Source: an uncultured Verrucomicrobiota bacterium (lineage in GTDB: Bacteria > Verrucomicrobiota > Kiritimatiellia > SS1-B-03-39 > UBA6053). Taken from it: a stretch of DNA of 64,000 nt. The stretch spans positions 74,784-138,783 of the forward strand of contig CAYLNG010000003.1 in assembly GCA_964385155.1 (NCBI GenBank), read 5' to 3'. Each line of letters opens with the position of its first letter. The stretch's first letter is position 1. Below, piece by piece: positions 1 through 8,901 of this stretch. The notes under the pieces are model-generated. The model did not search any database and was not told where the DNA came from. It saw only the letters and a program-made list of their open reading frames with translations. A program made the translations under genes and the position numbers.

Positions 1-212
1 ACAGGAATGTGTTCGCGGGTGATCACCGACACCCTCCCCTTGATGTCGCCGTCCAACACGAAGCGACGACCCGTCTGGGCGCCCACAACCGTCACCAGAT
101 GGGGGATTTCCACCTGTTCGAAATTGAAATTCACGAAGCCGCCCGGTTCCTGAGCACGGACGGCGGCCACGAAGGAGAGCAAGAGGAAAATCAGGGAGGG
201 CACGGCCCTCAT
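1..212 (-). CDS. Partial CDS (N-terminus only, runs off window): secretin-like protein (GspD/PilQ-type N-terminal domain) with signal peptide
   Basis: Own translation of minus strand from ATG 212-210: MRAVPSLIFLLLSFVAAVRAQEPGGFVNFNFEQVEIPHLVTVVGAQTGRRFVLDGDIKGRVSVITREHIP. Signal-peptide-like start followed by a pattern resembling secretin N0 domains. ATGA overlap with the lpxA stop. Absent from the ORF track because it is truncated. Confidence 0.45.
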   Translation of the reverse strand, partial: MRAVPSLIFLLLSFVAAVRAQEPGGFVNFNFEQVEIPHLVTVVGAQTGRRFVLDGDIKGRVSVITREHIP

Positions 213-982
213 CGGGTGATCCCGCGTTCGGACGCGAGCAGGAACCGCTCCAGGTGGTCCAGTTCGGGAGCGGAGGGGAGAGTGGAGCGCATTTCGGCCA
301 CCATTTCCTTCACGGCCATTTTCCGGCGGTAGAGCAGGCGGTAGGCCTCTTTGAGGCCGCGGATCGTCTCTGCAGAGACGTTGTGACGTTCCAGACCGAT
401 TTTATTGATCCCCCGGATTTCCAGAGGATTCCCGTCGGCCGTCATGAAAGGCGGCACATCCATTACGACCTTGGAGCAACCGCCTGTGATGCTCAGGCGG
501 CCCACACGTACAAACTGATGAACACCGCAAAGGCCACCGATGATCGCCTGGTCCTCCACAATCACATGTCCGGCGAGCGTCGCCGCGTTCGCCATGATCA
601 CCTCATCACCGACGATGCAGTCGTGGGCAACATGGCTGTAGGCCATGATGTGGCAGCGGCGACCCACCACCGTCCATTCGCCATCGAAAGTGGCCGCGTT
701 CACCGTCACATACTCCCGCAGAGTGGTTCCTTCGCCAATACGAACACCCGGGGCGCCGCCCTTGAATTTGAGGTCTTGCGTCTGGGTTCCCACTGAAGCA
801 AAGGGCCAGAGGACGCAGCCAGGGCCGATCTCGGTGTTTCCGTCGACGTTCACGTGGGATTTCAGGACGGTGCCCGCGCCGATGCGGACCCGGGGGCCGA
901 CCACACAGAAGGGGCCCACCACGACGTCGTCCGCCAGTTCCGCCGCCGAATCCACCACCGATCTGGGGTCTATGTGTGCCAT
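209..982 (-). CDS. lpxA: Acyl-ACP--UDP-N-acetylglucosamine O-acyltransferase (LpxA)
   Basis: Left-handed beta-helix hexapeptide repeats along the N-terminal two thirds, then an LpxA-type helical C-terminus (RGINKIGLERHNVSAETIRGLKEAYRLLYR). Sits directly downstream of fabZ. The ORF-track start at 988 is GTG; ATG at 982 is preferred. Confidence 0.9.
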   Translation of the reverse strand: MAHIDPRSVVDSAAELADDVVVGPFCVVGPRVRIGAGTVLKSHVNVDGNTEIGPGCVLWPFASVGTQTQDLKFKGGAPGVRIGEGTTLREYVTVNAATFDGEWTVVGRRCHIMAYSHVAHDCIVGDEVIMANAATLAGHVIVEDQAIIGGLCGVHQFVRVGRLSITGGCSKVVMDVPPFMTADGNPLEIRGINKIGLERHNVSAETIRGLKEAYRLLYRRKMAVKEMVAEMRSTLPSAPELDHLERFLLASERGITR

Positions 983-989
983 CGCCACC

Positions 990-1424
990 TCAGGAACGTT
1001 CGATGTGGAACATCAGCTCGCCTTCGGAGGCGATCTCCCCGTTCACCCGCGCGGTCGCCTGCACCTTTGCCAGGTTCAGGCGGCACTTCAGCAGCACGAT
1101 CTCCATGATCAGCGCGTCCCCGGGCTTCACCACGCGCCGGAAACGCGCGTTGTCGATCGAGCTGAAATACGCGATTTGGCCGTCGCGCTGGTTGCGTTTG
1201 TTCAGCAGGATGCCGGCCACTTGGGCCATGGCCTCCATCTGGAGCACCCCCGGCATCACGGGATTGCCCGGGAAATGGCCTTGGAAATAGGGTTCGTTGG
1301 CGCAGACGTTCTTGAGGCCGACAATGCGCGTGTCCCAGTCGCTCTCCAAGATGCGGTCCACCAGCAGGAAGGGATAACGGTGCGGCAGGGTGCGCATGAT
1401 TTCATCGATGCCAAACGACTCCAT
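990..1424 (-). CDS. fabZ: 3-hydroxyacyl-ACP dehydratase FabZ
   Basis: Internal ATG of ORF 990..2489 gives 144 aa: MESFGIDEIMRTLPHRYPFLLVDRI...EPYFQGHFPGNPVMPGVLQMEAMAQV, a canonical FabZ hot-dog fold signature. The upstream part of the long ORF is antisense to the 1587..2549 gene and is not coding. Confidence 0.92.
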   Translation of the reverse strand: MESFGIDEIMRTLPHRYPFLLVDRILESDWDTRIVGLKNVCANEPYFQGHFPGNPVMPGVLQMEAMAQVAGILLNKRNQRDGQIAYFSSIDNARFRRVVKPGDALIMEIVLLKCRLNLAKVQATARVNGEIASEGELMFHIERS

Positions 1425-1586
1425 AAGAGAAACTCGGGGAAAGGGTTGGGACAGTGACGCCGTTGTCGCGATGTGCGCGGCGGAAGGGAGGTACTCACCA
1501 TATCGGCCGGGCTTCGTCAAACTTTCTTTCATGCCTAGTCCGCAAAAACGTTTGCTCCCGGGCGAGGAATCCAGTAAGCCATTGGT

Positions 1587-2549
1587 ATGGAGTTCGCACT
1601 GACTACCCGATGGAACGCCGCCCGGCACCGGGACGGGGAGAGCCTGATCGAGGAAATTCTCTCCCTGGGGATCACCCGCCTGGAACTTGGATACGACACG
1701 CGTGTCGACCTGCTTCCCGGCATCCAGGCCATGCAGGAGAACGGATCCGTCAGCATCCACAGCGTCCACAATTATTGCCCTGTTCCCCTTGGCGTGCCCC
1801 GCGGACACCCCGAGCTCTGGACCTTCTGCGACCTCGACCGCCGCGGCCACGAACTGGCGGTGCAACACACTCTCCGCACCATGGAGTTCGCCTCCGCGAT
1901 CGGCGCAGGCATCGTGGTCATCCACTGTGGGTATGTCTCCCTCCGCCGCGCATCGACCCGCGACCTTATCGAACTGGTCCAGTTCCACCAACGCAACTCC
2001 CCCCGCTACGAGCGAGCCTTTCTCAAACTCATGAAGGAACGCGACAAACGCGCCGCCCGTCATTTCGAACCGCTCTGCCGTGCCCTCGACGTCCTCCTGC
2101 CTGAGGCCGAACGCCTCCAAGTGGCCCTTGGCCTCGAAAACCTCCCCACCTACGAGGCGATGCCCAATGAGGGCGAGATGGATGTCCTCCTCCAGCGCTA
2201 CCCCTCCCCCTATCTCCGATACTGGCATGACCTTGGCCATGCACAGATCCGCGAGAACCTCGGCCTCATCCACCACGAACGCTGGCTCGACAAACTGGCC
2301 CCCGCTCTCGGCGGCATGCATATCCACGACGTGGCCCACTTCGTGCAGGACCATGTCATGCCGCCCGACGGCGACCTGGGCCTGGCACGTTTCCGGCGCT
2401 TCGCCTCGGAAGACATCCCCCTCGTCCTGGAACCCTCCAGTCAAGCCACTCCCCGCCAGGTCGCCGCCGGCCTCGCGTGGATGAAGCACTGGTGGGACGA
2501 TGCCCCCGAGCCCTCCCCCACCCCCTCCCCTCCCCCCCCCCTCCCATGA
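1587..2549 (+). CDS. Sugar phosphate isomerase/epimerase family protein (xylose-isomerase-like TIM barrel) with proline-rich tail
   Basis: 320 aa. The pattern LGITRLELGY ... IVVIHCGY ... LENLP ... HDLGHA resembles the AP-endonuclease-2/xylose isomerase-like TIM barrel family. ATG start at 1587. Confidence 0.6.
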   Translation: MEFALTTRWNAARHRDGESLIEEILSLGITRLELGYDTRVDLLPGIQAMQENGSVSIHSVHNYCPVPLGVPRGHPELWTFCDLDRRGHELAVQHTLRTMEFASAIGAGIVVIHCGYVSLRRASTRDLIELVQFHQRNSPRYERAFLKLMKERDKRAARHFEPLCRALDVLLPEAERLQVALGLENLPTYEAMPNEGEMDVLLQRYPSPYLRYWHDLGHAQIRENLGLIHHERWLDKLAPALGGMHIHDVAHFVQDHVMPPDGDLGLARFRRFASEDIPLVLEPSSQATPRQVAAGLAWMKHWWDDAPEPSPTPSPPPPLP

Positions 2550-3469
2550 AACGCATCCTGATCACCGGTGCCAACGGCTTCGTTGGCCGCCACGCCGTCC
2601 GCGAGTTCCAACAGCATGGCTACGAGGTCTTCGAGGGGCTAGGACCCAGCGGACATCCGCGCAACCCCCACCAGGTCCCCTTCAACCTCCTCCACTACGA
2701 GATCATCCGTTTCCTGGTCGACCAAATCCGGCCCGACCTCTGCCTCCACCTCGCCGGACAGGCCCACATCCCCTTTTGCCGCGAGGATCCCGTCACGGCC
2801 AACGACCTGAATGTCACCGGCACCGTCCGTCTCCTCGAGGCCTTCCGGCGCCACCGTCCCACCGCCCGCGTCCTGGTCGTCACCTCCGCCGAAGTCTACG
2901 GCCAAGTGCCCGCGGGACACCTTGTGCACGAAAACGATCCCCTCACACCGACCACCCTGTATGGCATCACGAAACAGGCCGCTGACGAGGCCTCCCTCGC
3001 CTTCGCCTCCCAGCTGGACCTTCCCGTGATGACCGCGCGTCCCTGGAACCACATTGGCCCCGGACAGCACCCCCGCTTCGTCGCCGCCGCCTTCGCCCGT
3101 CAGTTCGCCGACTTCGTCCGGGGCGCCCCCCCGCGCATGCGCACAGGCAACCTCGACTCCCGCCGCGATTTCACCGACGTTCGCGACATCGTCCGAGGCT
3201 ACCGGTTGCTTTTGGAATCCGGCACCCCTGGCAATGCCTACAACCTGGCCTCCTCCACCCTCCGACCTGTCCGCGACCTCCTCGAGGGCTTCCGCGACAT
3301 CACCGGAATCCAACCCACCCTCGAAACCGACCCCACCCTTTTCCGCCCCACCGACGCAAGCCCCCGCCTCGACACGCGCAAAATCCTCGAAGCCTGCGGC
3401 TGGCGTCCGGAAATCCCCTTCGAAACCTCCCTGCGCGACATCCTCGGCGAACAGCTCTCCCCCCCCTAG
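2546..3469 (+). CDS. NAD-dependent epimerase/dehydratase (SDR family, GDP-sugar reductase/dehydratase-like)
   Basis: MKRILITGANGFVGRH Rossmann GxxGxxG motif and a YGITK catalytic YxxxK motif. ATGA overlap with the preceding gene. Confidence 0.8.
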   Translation: MKRILITGANGFVGRHAVREFQQHGYEVFEGLGPSGHPRNPHQVPFNLLHYEIIRFLVDQIRPDLCLHLAGQAHIPFCREDPVTANDLNVTGTVRLLEAFRRHRPTARVLVVTSAEVYGQVPAGHLVHENDPLTPTTLYGITKQAADEASLAFASQLDLPVMTARPWNHIGPGQHPRFVAAAFARQFADFVRGAPPRMRTGNLDSRRDFTDVRDIVRGYRLLLESGTPGNAYNLASSTLRPVRDLLEGFRDITGIQPTLETDPTLFRPTDASPRLDTRKILEACGWRPEIPFETSLRDILGEQLSPP

Positions 3470-3472
3470 GAC

Positions 3473-4222
3473 ATGTCCGACGAAATCGTCACCCTTCCCC
3501 TCTCCCACACCCCCCGCTTGGACGACTGGCGACTCCGCCTCCACCGCCGCTTTGGGAGCCGGCTCAAGGTTGTCCTCACGCGCAACCGGCGCAGCATGAT
3601 CAGCATCCTCCGCCCGCCCGGCGGCCCCATCCACCTCCGCCTGCAGATCGGTTTTGAGGAAGCACCCGAGGAGATCCTCGCCGACATCGAGGAGGTGATT
3701 GCCCATAACAACCCTTCCGCCTGGAAACGCGTCTGCCTCCACGCACGCTCCATGTCGGTTGATTCCTACACGCCCTCCTCTCGCGGCCCGCCCCTCCGCA
3801 CTCTCGGCAAGCACTTCGACCTCCAACGCATCCTCGACGACGTCAACGCTCGCTTTTTTCAGGGTGCCATCGAGGCGCGTATTACCTGGGGCTCCCCCAA
3901 ACACGCCTCCCCACCCCGCCGCCCCCGGCGCTCCCGCACCCTCCAATTTGGCGTATGGGACGAATCACGGCGCATCATCCGCATCCATGCCGGCCTCGAC
4001 CGACCCGGCGTGCCCCTCGAATTTATGCGTTACCTCGTCCACCACGAACTCTGCCATGCCGCTTCCCCCCCCCGTCGAGGCCCCAACGGACAGCGCCTCA
4101 TCCACCACGAGGACTTCCGTACCCTCGAACGCCGCTTTCCCGGCCTACGGCGAATGAAACAGCTCGGAACCGAACTCTTCGAGCAAATCACCCGCGAACG
4201 CGAACGCCCGGCCCACAAATAA
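3473..4222 (+). CDS. Putative zinc metallopeptidase, SprT-like/DUF45-like (HExxH)
   Basis: 249 aa, C-terminal region with YLVHHELCHA (HExxH) in the context typical of SprT/YgjP-type proteins. The N-terminal part has no recognisable motif. Confidence 0.5.
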   Translation: MSDEIVTLPLSHTPRLDDWRLRLHRRFGSRLKVVLTRNRRSMISILRPPGGPIHLRLQIGFEEAPEEILADIEEVIAHNNPSAWKRVCLHARSMSVDSYTPSSRGPPLRTLGKHFDLQRILDDVNARFFQGAIEARITWGSPKHASPPRRPRRSRTLQFGVWDESRRIIRIHAGLDRPGVPLEFMRYLVHHELCHAASPPRRGPNGQRLIHHEDFRTLERRFPGLRRMKQLGTELFEQITRERERPAHK

Positions 4223-4469
4223 ACCACAAAACAGGAAGGAATCGGGCGCATCCGCGGTAATCATTTTAGCTGCAAGCCCTTTCTTTCAAAGATCTTGCCG
4301 CATCCGCGTCCCTTTCGTCCCCTCGGTTGGAATTTCCCGAAGAAAAGATAACACCCGGACTTTTCTTTTCAGTTGCGGGCGGAGCCCACGTTAGGTTTAG
4401 GGTTGTCGCTCCCCCGGGGACGTGCTAGGACGGCCGACCCACCCGTTACCCACCCCCCCGACGTCCCGG

Positions 4470-7400
4470 ATGTACCTCAAACGCGTAGAATTCATCGGCT
4501 TCAAAAGCTTCGCCGACAAGACGGTCATGAACTTTCTTCCCGGAATGACCGCGATTGTCGGGCCGAATGGCTGCGGCAAAAGCAACATCGCCGACGCCAT
4601 CCGCTGGGTTCTCGGGGAACAATCCGCCAAAGCCCTGCGTGGCGGCAAGATGATGGACGTCATCTTCAATGGCGCCGATGGCGTCAAACCCACCAACTAT
4701 GCTGAGGTTGGCCTCACCCTGGCCGACTGCGAGGGCACCCTGAAGACCGACTACCACGAAGTCACCATCACCCGCCGCCTCTTCCGCGACGGCGCCAGCG
4801 AGTACTACCTCAACAAACAGGGCTGCCGCCTCAAGGACATCCACCGCCTCTTCATGGACACCGGCATGGGGCGCAGCAGCTATTCCATCCTCGAACAGGG
4901 CAAGATCGACCAGATCCTCAGCTCCCATCCCGAGGACCGACGCATCGTTTTCGAGGAGGCCAGCGGCATCACCAAATACAAGTCCGACCGCGCGGAAGCC
5001 CTCCGCAAACTTGAATCCACCGAACAAAACCTGGTACGGCTCGACGACGTCATCCGCGAAGTCAAACGCCGCATGATCTCCCTTCAGCGCCAGGCCGCCA
5101 AGGCCCGCCGCTACCAGGAAATCCAAATCAAGCTCCGCGCCGAGGATCTTTGGCTGACCCGACACCGCCTCGACGAAATGCGCGAGGCCCTCGGCGAACT
5201 CGAAGTTCACCACGACCAGCTCCGCCGCGCCACGGAGGCCTCCCGCACCGACATCGAAACCCGCGAGGATGCCATCGCTTCCGCCCGCGCCGACCTCGAG
5301 GCCGCCGACAAGGCCATCGCCGACCAGATGGAGGCCGCCGTCTCCCTCCGCAACGACCTCAATCAGGCCCGCCAGTCCGTAAAGGTCAACCGCGAACGCA
5401 TCGAGGAGATGAAGACCTACGCCTCCCGCGACAGCCGCGACGCCGAGGAAGCACGTGCCCGCCTCGAGCAGCACCACCAAGCCATCACCGAAGGCGAAAC
5501 CTCCCTCTCCGAGGCCCGCGTACTGCGCGACGAAGCCGAGGCCGGCTGGCAACAGCGGCAATCGGAACTCCGCGACCTCGAGTCCGCCGGACAAGACCAG
5601 CGCCGCCTTCTCCAGGAAAAACGAGCCCGCATCTCGGCCGTAGAAAACACCCTCAACCGTGCCCAAGGGCTCCTCCGCGATTTCGATATCCGCGAACGCT
5701 CCCGCCTCGTCCACCAGGAACGCCTCCGCGAGGAAGCCTCCGAACTCGACAAGGCGTCCTCCGGACGCGAATCCCGCGTCGCAGAACTTGAATCGGCCTT
5801 CCAGGAACTCCAAATCCGCGAACAGGCCCTCAAGACCCGTGTTGAGCAAGGCGCCTCCCAGCAGAACCTCCACGGCGAGGCCCTGCGTCAAAAACGCCGC
5901 GAAGTCGGCGAGGCCGACCAGGCCGTGGCCGGCCTCAAGGCCCGCCTCGACGTCCTCCGCGCCCAGGAGGCCGAAAAACAGGATTTCCCATCCGGGGCAC
6001 GCGCCCTCCTCGGCAAATCCGAGATTGCCGGACTCGATCGGTCCCGAATCCTCGGGGCCCTCGCCAAACTCCTCCGCACCGATAAAAAGACCCAGCCCGC
6101 CCTCGAATCCGCCCTTCGCGGCTGGATCGATGCCGTGGTCGTTCGCGACGCCTCCGGCCTCTGCGACGTGCTCGATGCTCTGCAGGGCGCCAAGGCCGGT
6201 GCCGCCCGTGTGCTCGCCGCAGACGGCATCTCCTCCCCGGAACCCGCCCAGGGCCCTGGCGTCCCTCTCGCCTCCCGCGTCAAATGCGCCGATGATATCC
6301 GCCCCCTCGTCGACCGCCTCTTCCACGGCATCTTCCTGGTCGACGACCTCCGTTCCGCCGGGCTCCCCGCCGCCGGACAGGTTTTCGTGACACCCGCCGG
6401 ACATCTCCTGCGCGGCGAGGGCGCCCTCGAAGTCTACGCCACCGACCAGGACCTTGGCAATCCCCTCGCCCTCCAGGCGCGCATTACCGAAACCGAGACC
6501 CTGCTTGCCGAACAGGCCGAACGCGCCGCCCAGCTTCGCGCCGAACTCGAGGCCGCACAGGGGGAGGAGTCCCGCATGCAGGAACGCCTCCGCGCCGCCC
6601 GCGAGGAACTCCAGGCCGTCAACCGCGAGGCCGCCGGACGCGAGGCCGAACTCCGAACCGCCCGCCGCGACCTTGAACAGGGGAGCACCCGACTCTCCCA
6701 GCTCCGCAACCAGCTCAAGGACCTCGACGCCAAACACCAGGCGTCCGATGCAGAACGCCGCTCCTTCTCCGAACAGGCCGAAGCCGCCCGCGTCGAACTC
6801 GAAACCCTCCGGGCCACCATCGAATCCGACGCCAAGGCCTTCGACGCCGCAGAAGCTGTCCGCAACGAGGCCGTCCGCACCGCCACTGAATTCCGCATCC
6901 GCTTCGCCGAACACCGACAGAAGGTCGAACTGCTCGAACGGCAGCAACACTCCCTCCGCGAGCGCATCCGCGAACTGGAGACCACCATTCGCGAGCGCAG
7001 CGAGGGCGTCAGCACCTACGAGGAGCGCGTTCTCAAACTCGACGCCGACCTCCAGGCCGCACAGGCCCGAATTGCCCCCCTCGAGGAGAAACTCGCTGCA
7101 CGCAACTCCGACATCGAAAAAGCCAGGAACGAGCGTCAGGTTCGGCAGGACAGCCTCCAGACCCTCGAGCGCGAACTCCGCGCCCTGCGCGCCACGCTCG
7201 AACAGCGCACCACCGAACTTGGAGGCCTCGAGGTGGACATCGCCCAGCGCCGTGTCCGCTACGAGAATCTGATTCAGCGCGGCACCGAAACCTATCACAT
7301 CACCCTCCCCGAGATCCAGCAAAGCCCCGAACCCGCATGGGAGAACGGAGAGCCCCCCTCCTGGGAAGAACTCGACCGCTCCGTGGAGACCATGAAACAG

Positions 7401-8063
7401 AAACTGGAGGAGATGGGGCCCGTCAACATGGTCGCCATCGAGGAATACCAGGAACAGGAAGACCGCCACCAGTTCCTGCTCACCCAGCAGGAGGACCTCG
7501 TCAAGTCCAAGGAGCAGCTCCTCGACACCATCCGCGCCATCAACGCCACCACCACCGAGATGTTCAACGAGACCTTCCAGAAGGTCAACGCCAACTTCCA
7601 GGACATGTTCAAGCGGCTTTTCGGTGGCGGCGAGGCCCGCCTCGAACTTGTCGACGCCGGCAATATCCTGGAATCGGGCATCGACATCGTCGCACGCCCC
7701 CCCGGCAAAAAACCCCAGGTCATCAGCCTCCTCTCCGGCGGCGAGCGCACCATGACCGCGGTCGCCCTTCTCTTCGCCCTCTATCAGGTCAAGCCCAGCC
7801 CTTTCTGCGTCCTCGATGAACTTGACGCGGCCCTCGACGACGCCAACATCGGCCGCTTCGTCGGCGTCGTCCAGGATTTCCTCCGCGAGTCCCAGTTTAT
7901 CGTCATTACCCACAACCAGAAAACCATCGCCGCCGCCGACGTCCTCTACGGCGTCACCCAGGAACGCAAGGGCGTCTCCAAGGTTGTTTCCGTCAAGCTT
8001 ACGGACCACGATAAGGACCCCGAGGACGTCGCCCGCTCCAAACAAATCCCCGCCGAGGCCTAA
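4470..8063 (+). CDS. smc: Chromosome segregation protein SMC
   Basis: MYLKRVEFIGFKSFADKT...IVGPNGCGKSNI (Walker A), very long E/R/A/L-rich coiled coils, central hinge, LLSGGERTMTAVALLFAL signature and FCVLDELDAALD Walker B. Internal ATG at 4470 chosen over the ORF-track start at 4422. Confidence 0.95.
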   Translation: MYLKRVEFIGFKSFADKTVMNFLPGMTAIVGPNGCGKSNIADAIRWVLGEQSAKALRGGKMMDVIFNGADGVKPTNYAEVGLTLADCEGTLKTDYHEVTITRRLFRDGASEYYLNKQGCRLKDIHRLFMDTGMGRSSYSILEQGKIDQILSSHPEDRRIVFEEASGITKYKSDRAEALRKLESTEQNLVRLDDVIREVKRRMISLQRQAAKARRYQEIQIKLRAEDLWLTRHRLDEMREALGELEVHHDQLRRATEASRTDIETREDAIASARADLEAADKAIADQMEAAVSLRNDLNQARQSVKVNRERIEEMKTYASRDSRDAEEARARLEQHHQAITEGETSLSEARVLRDEAEAGWQQRQSELRDLESAGQDQRRLLQEKRARISAVENTLNRAQGLLRDFDIRERSRLVHQERLREEASELDKASSGRESRVAELESAFQELQIREQALKTRVEQGASQQNLHGEALRQKRREVGEADQAVAGLKARLDVLRAQEAEKQDFPSGARALLGKSEIAGLDRSRILGALAKLLRTDKKTQPALESALRGWIDAVVVRDASGLCDVLDALQGAKAGAARVLAADGISSPEPAQGPGVPLASRVKCADDIRPLVDRLFHGIFLVDDLRSAGLPAAGQVFVTPAGHLLRGEGALEVYATDQDLGNPLALQARITETETLLAEQAERAAQLRAELEAAQGEESRMQERLRAAREELQAVNREAAGREAELRTARRDLEQGSTRLSQLRNQLKDLDAKHQASDAERRSFSEQAEAARVELETLRATIESDAKAFDAAEAVRNEAVRTATEFRIRFAEHRQKVELLERQQHSLRERIRELETTIRERSEGVSTYEERVLKLDADLQAAQARIAPLEEKLAARNSDIEKARNERQVRQDSLQTLERELRALRATLEQRTTELGGLEVDIAQRRVRYENLIQRGTETYHITLPEIQQSPEPAWENGEPPSWEELDRSVETMKQKLEEMGPVNMVAIEEYQEQEDRHQFLLTQQEDLVKSKEQLLDTIRAINATTTEMFNETFQKVNANFQDMFKRLFGGGEARLELVDAGNILESGIDIVARPPGKKPQVISLLSGGERTMTAVALLFALYQVKPSPFCVLDELDAALDDANIGRFVGVVQDFLRESQFIVITHNQKTIAAADVLYGVTQERKGVSKVVSVKLTDHDKDPEDVARSKQIPAEA

Positions 8064-8069
8064 AATGGG

Positions 8070-8125
8070 GCGCGGACATTCCTGTCCGCGGAAACATCCC
8101 ACCCCCAAAAAAACGGCGGGCACCA
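8070..8125. repeat. Left copy of perfect 56-bp direct repeat bracketing the BREX island (attL-like)
   Basis: gcgcggacattcctgtccgcggaaacatcccacccccaaaaaaacggcgggcacca is identical base for base to 25098-25153. It starts 7 nt after the smc stop and contains a hairpin cgcggaca/tgtccgcg (8071-8090). Confidence 0.95.
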
Positions 8126-8148
8126 TGTGAAAAGTTTAGTCGAGTTTT

Positions 8149-8901
8149 CTATTGTTTCAATTTCAACAGCTCATCGTCCAGCCCATAGCGAACCACGTCG
8201 ATCCGGTCGCTGCGCTGGGAAACAAAATCTCCTGTCATCACAGGGAGCTGGAATGTGAAGAATGCCGGGTTGTTCAGGAGCAGCCCCAATGCGCCCTTGG
8301 CCTCCGGGGTGGCCAGGAGTGCGGACTCGAACATCAGGATGGCCAGGTTTGGCCCGGCAATGCTCACCGGAGCGGCTTTCTCATAGCAGCCTTTGGCCTC
8401 GGAATCTTTCAGGGCTCCCCAGGCGACAAAGGAGCGGATGACGAACCGGGCATAGCGGCTGACGGTTTGCCGGTCGCCGTACTGTTCCTTCAGGCGGTTG
8501 ATGATCTGGGTCTGGGTCACCTGATCCTGCAAGGCCAGCAAACGGCCGGTCTGGCGGGCCACATTGAACCAGAAGGGATAGACCGCCGAGATCATCCCCC
8601 AGTGGACCGCCAGGGCCATGGACGGGTTTTCCCTCAGAAACGCCAGCGAGGCATCCCGGAATGGAATCAACTCGGGGTCAGGAGAGACCCAGATCTTCAT
8701 CAGATTGTTGACGACAAAGGTCCGGGTCTGATCACTTCGTTCGCCTTCGGAGCCGTTGCCTTTTCGATCCGCGAGGAACTCATGCAGCTCCTGGCGGATG
8801 GTTTTGGCGTCGAGTCTCGCCAGCAGCAGATTGGCTGCTTTTTGCATCCACTCAAAACGAATCGCCTGCTTGATGCCAATGGCTTCGTGTCTTTTGCCCA
8901 T
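8149..8901 (-). CDS. brxA: BrxA-like protein (last gene of type 3 BREX operon)
   Basis: 250 aa, no catalytic motifs. Assignment is mainly positional (terminal gene after pglZ, TGATG overlap with the pglZ stop), plus a size and helical character compatible with DUF1819/BrxA. Confidence 0.55.
   Translation of the reverse strand: MGKRHEAIGIKQAIRFEWMQKAANLLLARLDAKTIRQELHEFLADRKGNGSEGERSDQTRTFVVNNLMKIWVSPDPELIPFRDASLAFLRENPSMALAVHWGMISAVYPFWFNVARQTGRLLALQDQVTQTQIINRLKEQYGDRQTVSRYARFVIRSFVAWGALKDSEAKGCYEKAAPVSIAGPNLAILMFESALLATPEAKGALGLLLNNPAFFTFQLPVMTGDFVSQRSDRIDVVRYGLDDELLKLKQ

Noticed and set aside
1425-2489. N-terminal extensions of track ORFs: 990..2489 upstream of fabZ, 50856..53630 upstream of pflB, and the leading parts of 4422, 2477, 45521, 53522 and 57590.
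   Set aside because: The extensions overlap other real genes or intergenic DNA and lack family similarity. Internal ATG codons give proteins of canonical length and N-terminus. Several track starts are GTG or TTG rendered as M.
8071-8090. Hairpin cgcggaca-ttcc-tgtccgcg after smc as an intrinsic terminator.
   Set aside because: It is not followed by a T tract (gaaacatccc). Before island insertion the downstream katG hairpin with flanking A/T runs probably served both convergent genes. It is mentioned only under the repeat feature.
4446-8126. 1226-aa ORF antisense to smc. Similar long antisense or alternate-frame ORFs occur elsewhere: 25079..27409 opposite katG, 50871..53183 opposite pflB, 54976..57732 opposite four plus-strand genes, 2639..3946, 35792..36835, 28624..29745.
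   Set aside because: Their translations are low-complexity (G/A/E/D/V/R-rich) with no motifs. Each lies opposite a gene with unmistakable family signatures. Stop-codon-poor antisense frames are expected at this GC content.
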